From: Somniosus microcephalus
Taxonomy: Eukaryota
Reading direction: 5' to 3'
Assembly: GCA_052327205.1 (NCBI GenBank)
Contig: CM126227.1
Location: 7,378,001-7,442,000 of the forward strand
DNA length: 64,000 nt
Both the position numbers and the translations under genes were made by a program. Shown here piece by piece: positions 24,101-39,100 of the stretch. The notes under the pieces were generated by a model. That model saw only the letters and a list, made by a program, of their open reading frames with translations, was not told where the DNA came from and made no database searches. Each line of letters starts with the position of its first letter. The stretch's first letter is position 1.

Positions 24101-27100
24101 AAGGCAGGAGAGATTGAATGACCAAAGGCATGCTGGTGCGAGGCAAAAGGGGGTAGTAATGGGACAGGTAAAGAAACCAAAGATGGGTCTAGAAGAGGTG
24201 TAAATGGGAATGGCAGAATCATCAACAGCTGCCGTCTGGAAAAAGTGGGGCAGAGGTTATTGTCTGAAATTATTGAACTTCGTGTTGAGTCCGGAAGGCT
24301 GTAAAGTGCCTGATCGAAAGCTGAGGTGCTGTTCCTCGAGCTTATGTTGAGCTTCACTGGCACAGTGTTGGAGGCAGGGGACAGAGGTCAGAGTGGGACT
24401 GGCGTGAAGAATTAAAGTAACAGGCGACCGGAAGCTCAGGGTCTCCACAGATGCTGCCTGACCTGAGTATTTCCAGCATTTTCTACTTTTATTTCAGATT
24501 CCCAGCACCCGCAATATTTTGCTTTTAGTTGTCTAGTATTTCATAAGACAGAAGACGTAGGAGCAGGAGTAGGCCATTTGGCCCCTCGAGCCTGCTCCGC
24601 CATTCAATAAGATCATGGCTGATCTGATCTTGGCTTCAACTCCACTTCCCTGCCCGCTCCCCGTAACCCTTGACTCCCTTATCGTTCAAAAATCTGTCAA
24701 TCTCCACCTTAAAAATATTCAATGACCCAGCCTCCACAGCTCTCTGGGGAAGAGAATTCCAAAGATTCACGACCCTCTGCGAGAAGAAATTCCTCCTCAT
24801 CTCTGATTTTAAAAGGGTGCCCCCTTAATTATGCTCCCTAGTTCTAGATTCCCCCATGAGGGGAAACATCTTCTCTGCATCTGCCCTGTCAAGCCCCTTC
24901 AGAATCTGGTATGTTTCAGTAAGATCCCCTCTCATTCTTCTAAACTCCAATGTGTATAGGCCCAACCTGCTCAACCTTTCTTCATAAGACAACCCCTTCA
25001 TCCCAGGAATCAACCTCGTGAACCTTCTCTGAACTGCCTCCAATGCAAGTATCTTAAACAAGGAGATCAAAACTGTACACAGTACTCCAGGTGTGGTCTC
25101 ACCAACACCCTGTACAGCTGTAACAGGACTTCACTTTTATACTCCATTCCCTTTGCAATAAAGGCCAACACTCCATTTGCTTTCCTAATTACTTGCTGTA
25201 CCTGCATGCTAACTTTTTGTGATTCATGTACAAGGACCCCCAGATCCCTCTGTATCTCAGCATTTTGTAATCTCTCCCCATTTGAATAATTTTTTTTTTT
25301 TTCCCACCAAAGTGGATAACTTTGCATTTTCCCACATTATACTCCATCTGCCAGATTTTTGCCCACTCATTTTTGCCTATCTGTATCCCTTTGAAGATTC
25401 TTTGCGTCCTCCGCACAATTTGCTTTTCCACCTATCTTTGTATCAGCAGCAAATTTGGCTATATTACACTCGGCCCCTTCATCCAAGTCATTAATATAGA
25501 TTGTAAATAGTTGAGGCCCCAGCGCTGAGCCCTGCGGCACCCCACTAGTTACAGTTTGCCAACCTGAAAATGACCCATTTATCCCGACTCTGTTAGTTAA
25601 CCAATCTTCTATCCATGCTAATATGTTACCCCCAACCCCGTGAGCACTTATCTTGTGTAGTAAACCTTTTATGTGGCACCTTATCGAATGCCTTCTGGAA
25701 ATCCCCTTTATCCACCCTGCTCATTACATCCTCAAAGAACTCCAGCAAATTTGTCAAACATGATTTCCCTTTCATAAAACCATGTTGACTCTGCTTGACT
25801 ATATTATGATTTTCTAAATGTCCTGCTATCACTTCCTTAAAGATAGACTCCAGCATTTTCCCAATGACAGATGTTAGGCTAACTGGTCGATAGTTGCCTG
25901 CTTTCTGTCTCCCTCCTTTCTTAAATAGGGGCGTTACATTTGCGGTTTTCTAGTCTGCTGGGACCTCTCCAGAATCCAGGCAATTTTGTTAGATTACTTA
26001 TCCTAAGATTCGGGGCCGGGGGTTGCACTTGATGCAACACGCCATTTCTTTTGTTGTTAAAATATCTCTGGCTGTCTCTGTTGAAATCAACAGGACTGTG
26101 TACTTGCAACATCGAGAGCATGGAACTGAAAACTAGACCCAGCACTGGTTCAGGAGTTCCCTGTTGTGCGCCACCTGTCACTCCTAGTTCACAACGTGCT
26201 TTTTTCTCCAGCGGCCTGAGTGAATGTTGAGTAAAAATGAATTTGTGGTTTTCAGATTTTCCCATTTTGGGGAAGCCTCTTCAAATGTTGGCAAACTCCC
26301 ACGGACTCCCTGCCAAAATTGGCACAGTCCTGAGACCCTCCAGTGTTAACATCTGAAAGTCTGTCCCGGTGACGCAAAGGAAATGGTGCCATCATTGCAG
26401 GAAGCTTTTTTAATATTTGTGTAGAGCAATAAAAATGAGGTGGGTTGTAGTTAAACACATATTTTTTAAAAAAAATACAGGATTCTGATCATAAATGGAC
26501 AGCAATCTAGATGACCTTGTAGCATCCTGGCACCCGATTTGGACAACGCGCTGCAAAGCATCACTGCTATTGCCATATCTTATTTATTATTTAGGTGCCT
26601 CAGTAAGCTTTAACTGAAGCAACAATAAACGCTGATGTGCACATTACAGTTGAATTTCAAGATGTAGAAAGTGAGCTGTTCGGCACTTCCCATGAGAATC
26701 GAGGTCTGAGCATCTGCATGATCTTTGGTTGTGGTTGTTGTCTTTGTGTGTAATGATCGTTAAATGCTGTGAAATTCTGTGACAAATATTTCCGATGCTT
26801 CTCCTTTACCGAGGGTATTTTTGCATGACTGCGCACTATGACTAGCATTGGTGATGGGCATGCTGTGGATCAGCTTCACACCCATGCTGCAGTTACCGTG
26901 TTGGATCAGCCAGGACCTCATTGAATGGCGGAACAGGCTCGAGGAGCTGAATGGCCTCCCCCTGTTCCTATGAGGGGCTGAATGGCCTCCCCCTGTTCCT
27001 ATGAGGGGCTGAATGGCCTCCCCCTGTTCCTAATGAGGGGCTGAATGGCCTACTCCCATTTCTATGTTCCTAAATGCAGCCTGAATCTGTCATAAGGGCT

Positions 27101-30100
27101 CGAACCGACACCAGAACCAAGCTGAATGAGACTCGCTTGCGGAGATCGTCTTGCTCTGTTTCACTTGAAAGTTGATTTGGGCACCCGATTCACACGCTAG
27201 TTTAGCAAAGGTGCAAAACCGTTTTAGCTTCTCGCAGGCACTAAAATCGTGGCGTGCAAATTCACCCATTGACGTAGAGTTTGATTAAACTTGCAATTAA
27301 GGGTAGTCCCAGATTCTTACTGGCTCCTGACTGTTATTTCACACTCTGCTGGGGGTAACCAATGCGCGACAGGTTAGTAGAGAGTCTCCACTGTAGGTAG
27401 TTCCAGCATGTGGTGAACCAGAACCAAATGTCAGCTTGGCCCAGTCACACCACTCTCTTCTGAGTCAGAAGGTTGTGGGTTCAAGTGTCACTCCAGTTCT
27501 GTGTCTTGGCCAATATTCTTCCCTCAACCAACATCACCAAAACACATTATAACTGGTTGTGCGTCTTATTAATGTTGGAGGGTTTCATGTGTGCAAAATG
27601 GCCGCTGTATTCATTGGCATAAGTTTCTCTACTTCGTACAGAAGTAGGAAGGCCCACCCAATATTGGGCCTCGGGCCTTATTTACATCAGACCGGTAAGC
27701 TGCAGGCGCCTGCTGGGAATCCCCAGACAGCTCGCCGGTGAAGACCGTTTGAATTTCAGGCTGTTGCATTGCCAGCAGTGGCACTCTGGTAGGTCTTGCA
27801 AGAGGGGGGAGTGATTGGGACGAGGGAGGCAACCAGGAGACTGGTCGAGGTAACGTGTGGGGGTGGATGGTGGTCGAGGCAGTGACCGAGTGGGGGGAGC
27901 AGTGGCAGGCAGTGGACTGTGGTTTTAACGTGGTGCCGAGAGGAACACGCCTGCTATTCTGGCTCCACATTCAGATAAGTAACAGGCTCTGTTCAGGCCC
28001 AACCCAAAGTGCCAATCAAAGAGGCGTTAGGCCCCCTATTTGCACATGCAAAGGGCCTAACAACTTTGTTTCAGGCGTGGGCCCTGGACACCTCTGTTGA
28101 TGCGTATGGCAGGTGGCACGTTACTGGCTCAAAATGTGTGCACGTGCATCGTCTGTCATATTAGCTTCGGTGCCCATTTTAATGCCTGTAAAACAGGCGC
28201 AGCCTCATCGAATTTCTAGGCCATGATAACCAGCAGAGCCATTGGGTAAATTCTTAATGCTTCAATTTTGGATGGCTGTTCTGTACCTCCAAAGGGTTAC
28301 ATTTAATATCTTACGATTTTTATTTTTTAATTTATTTTTTTATTTTTAAAAAATTTTATATATAGAGGAAAATCTCTTTTTGCGTTTCTTTTTCTGAAGG
28401 CTCTTTTGTTTCTTTGCCTTAGGTTTGGACAAGGAGACCTGCTTGATCCCAATGCCACAGGGACTGGAGCAGACGTTCGCTGAAACGTACAACCTGGTCA
28501 CGGAGAATTTGATCCTGACTCAGTTTGCCTTGCACTTGGGTTTTCACAGGTACTGAGAGCGTGCGTAGGACTGTACAGTAAGAAATTGCAGAGCAGAAAG
28601 CGCATCGGAAATGAAACTGGGTCGTGTCATCGACCGTTGTTTTTCCCCCTCTCCACAAAAAGGGAAGTTTGGCCACTCTGAAAAGGTTATGAAACGTAGT
28701 CCTCGGGGTGAAGCGGACGGCAAACTGTTGGACGCAGATATTCAACTGGCTGAGCTTAACGGTGCAGCGGTCAACAAAACTTTGTAGTTTTGTTTTTTAG
28801 TCAGGAACATGCGAGCTGATGCGGCCACAAAGGACGGCAGCAGTGTTGTATATTCAGGGATACGACACTTTCAGAGGTGCAGTACGCAACTCGCCATCAC
28901 GCTCACAGTGATAGAATACAGTACGGTAGACCTGGATACTCGCTCTGTAGGGTAGAGGCATGTGCCCTGCCGTGACTGAAGCCTGGGGCCATGGGAGACG
29001 GCTCTCCCAGCGATCCATTGGTTATCTCCCAAGGGGAGCCTCTTTGGGAGGAGATAAGTGGGAATTTTTTTTTTTTTTTTTTTTTTAAGGTGGGTGAAGG
29101 TGTGGAATGGTTTGAGAGCGTGAACCCTCATTGGCTGAGGGCTGATAATTGTCAAAGTAGAGAGCTTCCTCAGTCATTCCCCTGATTCAGTCATTTATCT
29201 TCATTTCTCTTCCCTTCCCAATGTTTAAAATTGTAGAAAATCTCTTGCCACATCTTTTAAATGGACATTGATGTTTGAATGAACTTTCATACTTCTGAAG
29301 TTTGAATAACCCGCTGATGTGACAGGTAGCAGTGCAGGTGCTCATGCATTGTGTGAAACGTTGCTACGATTTTTTTTAGTGTCTTTTCAAGAAATTTGCA
29401 AAACTGTTCAATTTCAAGCATTGGAAAAATAGCCTTGCCTTCTCCAGCTGGCTTGCCAATACAGGGTCTCTCTCAACAGCCTACTTTTGCGGAGTGCCTC
29501 TGTGGGGAGGGGGTCTCTCTGTCGATGCTTTATCTCTCTGGGGTCTCTTTATCGTTGCCCCATCGCTGCGGGGTCAGTTTCGATGCTACAGCTGTGTTCT
29601 TTACTTTTACAGGTTACACGATCAAATGATAAAGATGAACCAGAGCTTGCACCGGCTGCAGGTTGCCTGGCGAGAGGCCCAGCAGTCCGCCAGCCCAGCT
29701 GCAGACAACCTGCGTGAGCAATTCGAGCGCCTGATGACAGTTTATTTATCGACCAAAGCAGCTGCCACAGAGCCGCAGATGCTCCAGAACTGTGTGAACT
29801 TGCAGATCTCCACCACAACAATACTGGTGCAGTTTGCCCTAGGCAATCGAGGAACAGACTACATGGAGTTGACCTTCCCTCTTCCGGACGTGGAGTACTG
29901 CATGCTTTCTCATGTCCCAGGTATATGGCATGCCTTAATGGAGGTTTGGGCACCTTGCAGATGATGACTGGATGCTGGGTCAGTTGAAATTTTCAAGACT
30001 GAGATTGCTAAATCAAGGGATATGGAACCAAAGCGGGTAAATGGAATTGAGGTAGCGATCAGCCATGATCTAGTTGAATGGTGGAAGAGGCTCGATGGGC

Positions 30101-33100
30101 TGCTCTTGTTCCTATGATGTACAGGGTGTGTGCGTCTTTGGACACTGCAATACAGTGCAAATATTTGTGGTTTTGTTAACTAGATAGAGTGGATAGGAAG
30201 GACTTATTTCCCTTAGAGATCAATAACTGGGGGGGGGGGGGGGGATAGATTTAAAGTAATTGGTAGAAGGATTAGAGGAGAGTTGAGAACTTTTTTTTAA
30301 CCCAGAGGGCAGTGGGAGGGGTCTGGAACTCACTGCTTGAAAGGGTGGTAGAGGCAGAAACCCTCATCGCATTTAAAAAGTACTTGGCTATGCACTTGGT
30401 CCATAGCCCTGCAGGTTACGGCACTTCAAGAGCTGGAAAGTGGGATTAGGCTGGATAGCTCGCTTTCGGCCGGTGCAGACACGATGGGCAGAATGGCCTC
30501 CTCCTGTGCTGAAAATGTCTCTGATTCTATGAACTATCTGTTTGTATTATTATTCACTGCCAATGTATGTCATACTAAAGTGAGACTCTGGTGTTGCTCA
30601 CCTGTCTGTGCTAACCATGTGACACCTTGGGCCAATAAGATCCCCACAATAACATACAAGTGCATTTTTTTTTTATATTCACCACCTTGTATTTTTGACT
30701 TTTTTGTTATTTTTATCTTTTCTTTTCCCTCTAAAATGTTTGTTCTCCTTTCTCCACTGCTCCCAGTCCCATCCCCCAGTTGCACCTGAGCACTGCCACA
30801 GACTTCAACTAAGTGTTTTATTTATAAGCAAATGCTGGCCTGTTTTATTTTTTACTGCAAGTGGAATTGTTCACCTGGTATTAGCAGCAGCTGCCAGTTG
30901 TTTTTCCAAATAGCTCTTACTGCCAGCGTCTTGCTGTTATGTGGCAGAGTTGGTGCTAATGTTTCCTTTAATTTTTTTTTTTTTGAGTGCATGGCGCCTT
31001 TTAAGGGGCTGAGCGGCCCATTCAAAATATCACGCATGCACGGTTTTTCCCATTTAAAAGGCGGTGAGCCGGCTGCGCGGGAGCTCAGCTTAAAGGGAAC
31101 ATTGGTTAATGCCCTGTGCTCATCTTCCGACCAATCTTGCAGTCCTGCCAACCAGGTCAGGTTACCTGCTCCTTTCTTCTTTCATGGTTCCTGTCATGTT
31201 GCCCTGAGGTACCAGCTCAATGATAACGCCTGCCCCCACTCCCCGGCCACTGCTTATCCAGCACTGAAGTGTGGCTTTCCCAAGTGGTAGCGGATTTGTA
31301 GGCTTTGGGTTGGCGAATGCTTTTCAAAGTATCTAGGTTCAGCGCCAGCGCGCCGTTTCACTAAACAATGCGCCTCAGCAGGGGGAGAATGGCGTGACCG
31401 TTTTCCGTTAGTTTATTTCACAGTCAGTTGCAGTGATGTTTTTTGGCAAATAGTTGGTTTTAGCAGACCGCCTCTGCATTGCAAATGGAAAAGACTCTCT
31501 CGTCCTCTGGATGAGATGTTGCACTGAAATTCGCATCCACCTGAGAGAGAGGGCATTAAAGCTGGTAATGGAATAACGATGGAGTTGGTATACTGGAAGG
31601 ATGGGGTCTAATGGGCAAAAGGGCCTTCTTCACCGTGACCTAATTTAATGAGGGAGATTGTAATCCATTTTCTAGCTAATGGTGTGCACTGGTCCCTTTT
31701 GATGCAGTGACTATTTTATTTCCTTGTCACAGAGTTCTTTGCCGACAATCTGGGAGATTTTTTCATCTTCCTGCGAAGGTTTGCAGACGACATTCTGGAA
31801 ACTGCGGGCGATTCCCTGGAGCAGCCTCTGCACTTTGTCACTGTGTTCATGGGTAACATAGAGAGGTAAAAGCTAGGAACTCACTGCAGAATTCACTGGC
31901 GAGCCTTGTACCACCCAGCGGCATGCGCAGGTGTTCGATGCTGCTGCGCCGTTTACATTGGGAATTTATATTTATCGAATTTTAAGGATGTTGGTGCTGG
32001 GGAGTGGCATGCATTCCCATTTAGGGCTGTCAGTAACGAGCCATCCTGGGGGAGTTGAAGTGTGGATAGATGCTGAGTCAAGCTCCCTCGACTCTGCCCC
32101 AAAAATGTACCTCGCCTCCATCCTCGGAAGAGCTCCCCTACTCCACCAGTGCGGCATGTTTACCATTCTCTCACCAGTCGCCCTTTAGCCTCTCGCAATG
32201 AGTTTGCCATTTATAGTAGTTCTGAATTAGGGTCCCTGCGGCTGATTGGATTGGAACTTCCCAAATTGCTTTTAGCTAAAACTGTTACATGAGGCAGACT
32301 TTTATTCAATCGATCTGGACCGGATTCAGACCCAGGTCTCGGGTGAAAGGCTGGTGTCTTAACTCTCTGCCTCCTCCTGAGTAAGGTTAATTATTAAAAT
32401 ATTTTCTGTCGGTGTCTCGGCAGCTACAATGCTACAAATGATAACTTAGAGACCCAGGATCAGCTCTCAATCTCAATTCTTGCTTGGGCTTCCCCATAGT
32501 TGCCTGATTCAGAAATATTGTCCTGAGAATTAAGTGCAGAGGGAATATATTGCTCAATTGCACCTCCTTGAGTATCAGTTAAAGAGTACTGTTGGTGCAA
32601 TTGTGTGTGGGATGTGTTGACTTTTTTTTCTGGAAAATTTGCAGGGCTGTGGGGAAAGGGCAGGGGAATAGGACTAATTGGACAAAGAGCAGGCACAATG
32701 GGCCGAATGGACTCCTTCTGTGCTGTATCATTCTATGAAATGAGACTTGGCGTGCAGTGAATTAAGCTGCAGTATCTGTCTCCTCCCACTAGAGGAAGCC
32801 GCAGTTTGCAGCTCACTCGAAGCTCAGCAGTGAGAGAGCCCCTGTTCTGCAGCATTCAGTAACAGAGACTCTCTCGTGACATTGCCAACGACTTGCATGT
32901 TAACATGCTCCGTCCCTGGCCCAGTGAGTGCACCTTCTTCCCCAAACCTCTGGGACAGGCCTCGTAAAGTCAGTGAGAGAGGAAGCAATGCACTGAAGTT
33001 GAGAACAGTGAGCTCCTATCCATTTGTCATTTACATTTCTCCTAAATATTCCATGTAGAGTTCACTTGTGTTTTTGCATTTCTTGCTGACCATTATGGGG

Positions 33101-36100
33101 AAATTCAACCTTTGTTTCTCCTCATACCTGTGGATTTTTTTTGAAGGGTGGGGTGGCGGGGTGATACAGGAAACTTTTTGGTTTATCCGGAGATTGTATG
33201 TCCGGAAACCTCGATCTAACGGCAGAAATCAGCAGCCGTTTTGGTTAGGTTTTTTTTCTTCTCGCATTTTTTTTTTTTTAACAGTCAGGCTTTGGATAGC
33301 GTCTCTGTAGTTTAGCAACAGCTCCAGAGACGCTTCCAAGGTACGGGCCGAGTGTTTACAAGCTGTTGCTAAGCAACAGTGTTTCTTGTCCGATACGGAG
33401 ATGAAAACCTCCGTATCCTTCAACATTAGCGCTGGTCTATCCAGAAGTTTTGATAGATCGGCAGCAGCTCGGTGCCGGATATCGCCATGTTTCCTGTAGT
33501 TTGCATTTCTATGTTCTCTCTTGCATTTCTAAGTTCTCTAGTTATGTGATGATTAGTCTAAAACTGTGCCGGTTTTCCCCTCTTATCCAGTCCCTCTGGC
33601 TCTGCGCACACCACAGTCAGAAGACATTCCTGTGAATATGTCTCTATAGATACAACTCGTGCTGCTGTAGGGTAATTGGTTTTGTACAAAAACAGACAAC
33701 ACCTCACCACCCCCCCCTCCCCCAGGTGGCTCTTCACTGCAGGTGATCATCTGGGATCAGCATTGCTCCTCTCACTGAGGATCCAGAGACCGCAGGCATT
33801 ATAGATCAGGTCTCCCAGCTGGAGCCCCATGCACAGATACTCTGCCTACCGGGCTACATAATCATCATTTCCAAACGATTGGAAAATGTCCCGCTGCACT
33901 CGGGAAGCTGACTGACTGACAGACTTCGGTGTAAATAATTGCCCCTGTACAAATAACGTTGGCAGATAGTGACTGCTTTTAAGTGAGGAATGTGGCCAAA
34001 GGAATGGGCATTAATGCTCTGTATAGGTCTACGTCCCTAGAACACTTGGGAGCAACAACAGCAGACAAGTAAATAATATTCCAAGCAGTAAAGTTTGGAA
34101 CATTGAGAGTTACCAATGTTTCTTTTATCTGTAATATTGGTCAGTGTTGTCACTAGGTTTTCAGTAAAGTGTAAGGTATGTCTTTTGAAATCTTTGTACT
34201 GTGGAAAAACAGCCAACACTGCAGTTGTAAATTCTGTGCTTCCAAACTTGGGATGCGTCTGGAAGGAACATTGGTTAGCACCCTTACACTGCATAGCTCA
34301 ATGTTCCCTTTAACCTGCGCGGCTGTCTGGAGCTCCCGCGCAGGCCGCTTGCCGGTTTTACAATAGGAAAAACCACGCATGTGCAGGAATTTGAATGGGC
34401 CACGCAGCCAGTTAAAGGGGCAGTGCACCCAAAAAAAATTAAAGGGAACATTGATGCTAACCTCAATTGTTCAGTGGGTAGCTGAGCTGCAGAGTTGAGT
34501 ATGGTCCCAGGTCTGATCCCCAGTCTATGCTTAATTAGCAGATCTTGAGCAGGGTGATAGTAGTAGGAGGAACTACAGTTGGCCTCAGCAATTAGGGAGG
34601 GGCGAACTGGGCATGGTTCCCATTCCCAATTTCCATCCAGTGACCCCCCTAGAAAGTGCAGGCGGAGTGAGGATGGGATTCGGCTCACCAGTGACCTTCT
34701 CTGGTAAAATAACCTGCCCACACTCGCTGTGAAGGGCCACATGTGAAGAATGGCCAGATGGGTGAGGAATTGCAACCCACCCCATGTGACCATTCCCCCG
34801 CTAGGGGTCAATGTCTTCAGGGTGGAGGGAAGTCGGAGCAAGGTGCAAAACAACAGCAACAACTTGTATTTATATAGCGCCTTTACCGTAGTAAAACGTC
34901 CCAAGACACTTCACAGGAGTATTATAAAACAAAATTTGACACTGAGCCATATAAGGAGAAATTGGGGCAAATGAAAAAGGTCGGTTTTAAGGAGTGTCTT
35001 AAAAGAGGAAAGAGAGGTTTAGGGAGGGAATTCTAGAGCTTAAGGCCTTGGCAGCTGAAGGCATGACCACCAAAAGTTGAGCGATTTAAAATCAGGGATG
35101 CTCAAGAGGCCTGAATTAGAGAAGCGCAGATATCTCGGGGCGGGTGAGGGGCTTGTGGGGCTGGAGGAGATTAGAGATAGGGAGGGGCTTGAAAACAAGG
35201 ATGAGAATTTTAAAATTATGCGTTGTTTAAGCGGGAGCCAATGTAGGTCAGCGAGCACAGGGGGTGATGGGTGAACGGGACTTGGTGCGAGTTAGGACAC
35301 GGGCAGCCGAGTTTTGGATGACCTCAAATTTACGTCGGGTAGATTGTGGGAGGTCGGCCAGGAGTGTGTTGGAATAGTTAAGTCTAGAGGTAACAAAGGC
35401 ATGGATGAGGATTTCAGCAGCAGATGAGCTGAGGCATGGTAACAGCAGCTTGAAATGATGAATTACGAGTGTCACACAAAAAAAACATTGGCTGAAGTAA
35501 GATATTTTTCAGTAGTGTATTGATGGCACTACACCAAATAAACCCAGTGACAACTCTGTGATCAATTGATTATGTTGTGGGATTTTTCTCTTTATTTATA
35601 TCGTTGTTCAATTTCACATCTTTGCAATCTGAGTCCTAATAGCTGGATTATGCTGAAAGATGTGTGTTGACTGACCATCAAGCCTCTTTCTTCCCCTCCC
35701 TGTGATGCCTCAGGATGAAGAACCCTCACCTTCGAGCGAAGCTGGCTGAGGTCCTCGAGGCTGTGATGCCTCACATGGAGCAGGTGCAGAACCCATTGAT
35801 TAGCAGCATGTTCCACCGGCAGCGAGTCTTCTGCTCCTATCGGCATGCCCACTATCTCGCTGAAGCGCTTATCAAAGTGTTTGTGGACATTGAATTCACA
35901 GGTATGTTCAAAAGGTAGCTGCAGTGTCAGGTAAATACCACGTCTATTACAACAGTGACTACACTTCTAAAGTACTTCACTGGCTGTAAAGTGCTTTCGG
36001 GGCATCCCGAGGTCGTGCAAGGCGCTAGAGAAATGCAAGTCTTTCGTTTTATAAGATGGCACATGTGTGAAATTACACCCCTACTTTCCAGCCAAGCCGC

Positions 36101-39100
36101 CATAAAAAAAAAGTTACTCCCATCAATCGGCATGATTCCCCAGAGAGAATGAAATTTGATTTTGATGCACGCTGACTATCCCATGCGCTGTCGCTGCTGC
36201 ACAGAAACCGGGAGCAACAGGCCAGGAGAGGGAGAGCGCAAGACAGGAGCCTGATGGAGACAAGTGGGAGACCAGAAGTCAGACAGGGGAGTGGTGCTGA
36301 AGTGTTCACAATATAGACGACCGAGTGGGGCTGGGTGTAGGCCATGAAGAGATGAGCGGGCCTTGCAGAGTGAGCTAGAGTATTGTAGGTTGCAGAATCG
36401 GGCGCTTCTAGATTTGCTTTAGGATTCCTCATGGTCATAAACGTTTCTCTCTCCCACGCACCCCTGCCCCCCCTGACCCAAAGAAGGAAAAAGAACACCT
36501 TGACTCAACTTCTAACCCCCCCCCCTTGTCGAGTTTAAATCTAGTATTGTAGGAAATACTTGGAAGGCGTTAAAGAAAAGAGCTGATCGTTAATTATTTG
36601 GCTCCTATTGCACTGGTGTTACCGAGCAGATGTGCTTCATGCGATTCCTATTTGCACGTTCAGATCTTTGCTAGAGGAGGATATGGCACTGCATGGTGAT
36701 GCCCTGTAAATGCAGATTTCACAGGCAGTAACTGTAGAATCGCCTGTTGTGCTAAAGTTAACGCTTGTGCTTCTTCGTAGCATCGCCTTTTTGTAACTGA
36801 GGATCCCAGCTAAAGCCCTGGTCTCTGCTGAGACTGCAGCAAGGAAATTATAATTAGCTCAGCAACTCGCGGGGGCGGGGTGAAATCAGGCAGAATTGCT
36901 ACTAGAAAGTGCACGCGTGGATCTTGGATGAGAACAGGGTTGGGCTTCATAGAATCGTAGACATTTATGGCACAGAAGGAGGCCATTCGGCCCATCGTGT
37001 CTTTGCTGGCTGATATAGAGCTCTCCAGCCTAATCCCACTTTCCAGCTCTTGGCCCGTAGCCCTGCAGGTTACGGCACTTCAAGCGCCTATCCAAGTACT
37101 TTTTAAATGTGATGAGGGTTTCTGCCTCTACCACCCTTTCAGGCAGTGAGTTCCAGACCCCCACCACCCTCTGGGTGAAAACATTTCTCCTCAACTCCCC
37201 TCTAATCCTTCTACCAATTACTTTAAATTGCCCTCTCTGCTAAGGGAAATAGGTCCTTCCTATCCACTCTATCTATACCCCTCATAATTTCAAGTCTTCT
37301 CTCAGCCTCCGCTGTTCCAAAGAAAACAACCCCAGCCTATCCAATCTTTCCTCATAGCTAAAATTCTCCGGTCCTGCCAACATCCTCGTAAATCTCCTCT
37401 GTACCCTCGTTAGTGCAATCACATCTTTCCTGTAACTCTGCTGCTGTCCGTCGTTGCGTAGCCCTGCAGCACTCTCTGTCTAGGCTACACTGGAGCCTGT
37501 GGAACTGTACCCCAGCAAGAGTTGGTGCCTTCAGAAGGGGGGGGGGGGGGCGCCAGAAATGTTTAATTTTAAGTTATTGCTGTTCAGATAAATAAAAAGA
37601 GCTAATTCTGTTATTGCTTTAATAAGCAGCATAAAACCGTAGTGATTTTTAATCCAAAAATGCAGCTGGCTCCTTCAAAAGGTTGAATGTTTTGGGTTAG
37701 AAAATGATTTTCTTGGCTGTTGCTTCCTTGGCAGGCTTTTATTTTTGGTTCTGTAAAATCACATGTTTTTTTATGTATCTTGGAGCTGAATAAGTAATTT
37801 TAGGGCCAACTATTGAGTCGTGTTCAGAAAGACATGAACAAGAATTCCTATTGAAGGTTTGTTTCTTTTTGAAAGGCTGATGTTCAATTCTTTTGCTGGT
37901 TTGTCAAATGATGAAACTATCCAGTTTTAACAAAACTGAACCGCACAAAGGGCTGTTTGCTGTGAAGTTCTTGTCTTCCCAGGTTGGATGAAACTTCGCC
38001 TGGTGAGCGATAGAGATGCACAAGATGGGAATTCTCTACCCCAGAGGGCTGTGGAGGCTCAGTTGTTGAGTATATTCCAGACAGAGAGCGATAGATTTTT
38101 GGATATTAAGGGAAGCAAGGGTTATGGGGATCGGGCAGGAAGGTGGTGTTGAGGTTGAAGATCAGCCATGATCTCATTGAATGGCGGAGCAGGCTCGAGG
38201 GGCCGAATGGCTGACTCCTGCTCCTGATTCTTATGTTCTTGTTAGTAAACAGCACAAAGAGTAAATAGTTACTTCAGATTAAACAGTTGAAAATAAGACA
38301 CGGTGACACAGTTCCAAATTTAGAGCTGATGTTCACCCTTTATACTTGTGACAACACTTGGAATGGGTGTCTGGGCAGGATAGCAGTGACAAACCCTAGA
38401 ATCATTTAAGAGCCAGTTGAACAGTATAACAGGTATGTTATTTCTGGATAGGTGAGCTAAGATGACACGAATGACCATCCACATCTGTAACTATCTTGCG
38501 ATCATTGACAAATGTGTAGAGAACATGGTACAGGAAACTTTGTGATAGACGGGACCGAGCTGTTGCCGATCTATCAAAACTGCCGGACATACAAAGTTAA
38601 TGTTGAAGCATACGGAGGTTTTCATCTCCGTATCTGACAACAAACACTGTGTTGCTTAGCAACAGCTTCTAAACAGTCGGCTGCAGCTGCAAGCGTCTCT
38701 AGCTGAAGCTGTTGCTATAGCTACAGACCTTGCAGTGCCTGACTGGGGGGAGAAAAAAGCAACGAGAACTAAAACAACTTATAGAAAACGGCTTCTGATT
38801 TTTGCCGTTAGATCGAGTATTCTGGACATATAACCTCCGGATAAACCAAAGTTTCCTGTATTGGAATAAATTGCATAAGTCAGGATCTAACTTTATTTTT
38901 CAACTGCAGTGGTTAGTGCCTGAGGGGCCAATGAGGTATAAAACTTAGGTACTGACCCACTTCACAGTAGGGGGATCTTGGGTTTTGAATGTCACTCTGT
39001 CAGCCTGTAAGATGCCAAATGAATGATGGTGTTTATTTCCTTTGCCCTTTTTCCGTTCTCGCTATACCCACCTTGATATTTGGATTGAGCTGCCATGCTT

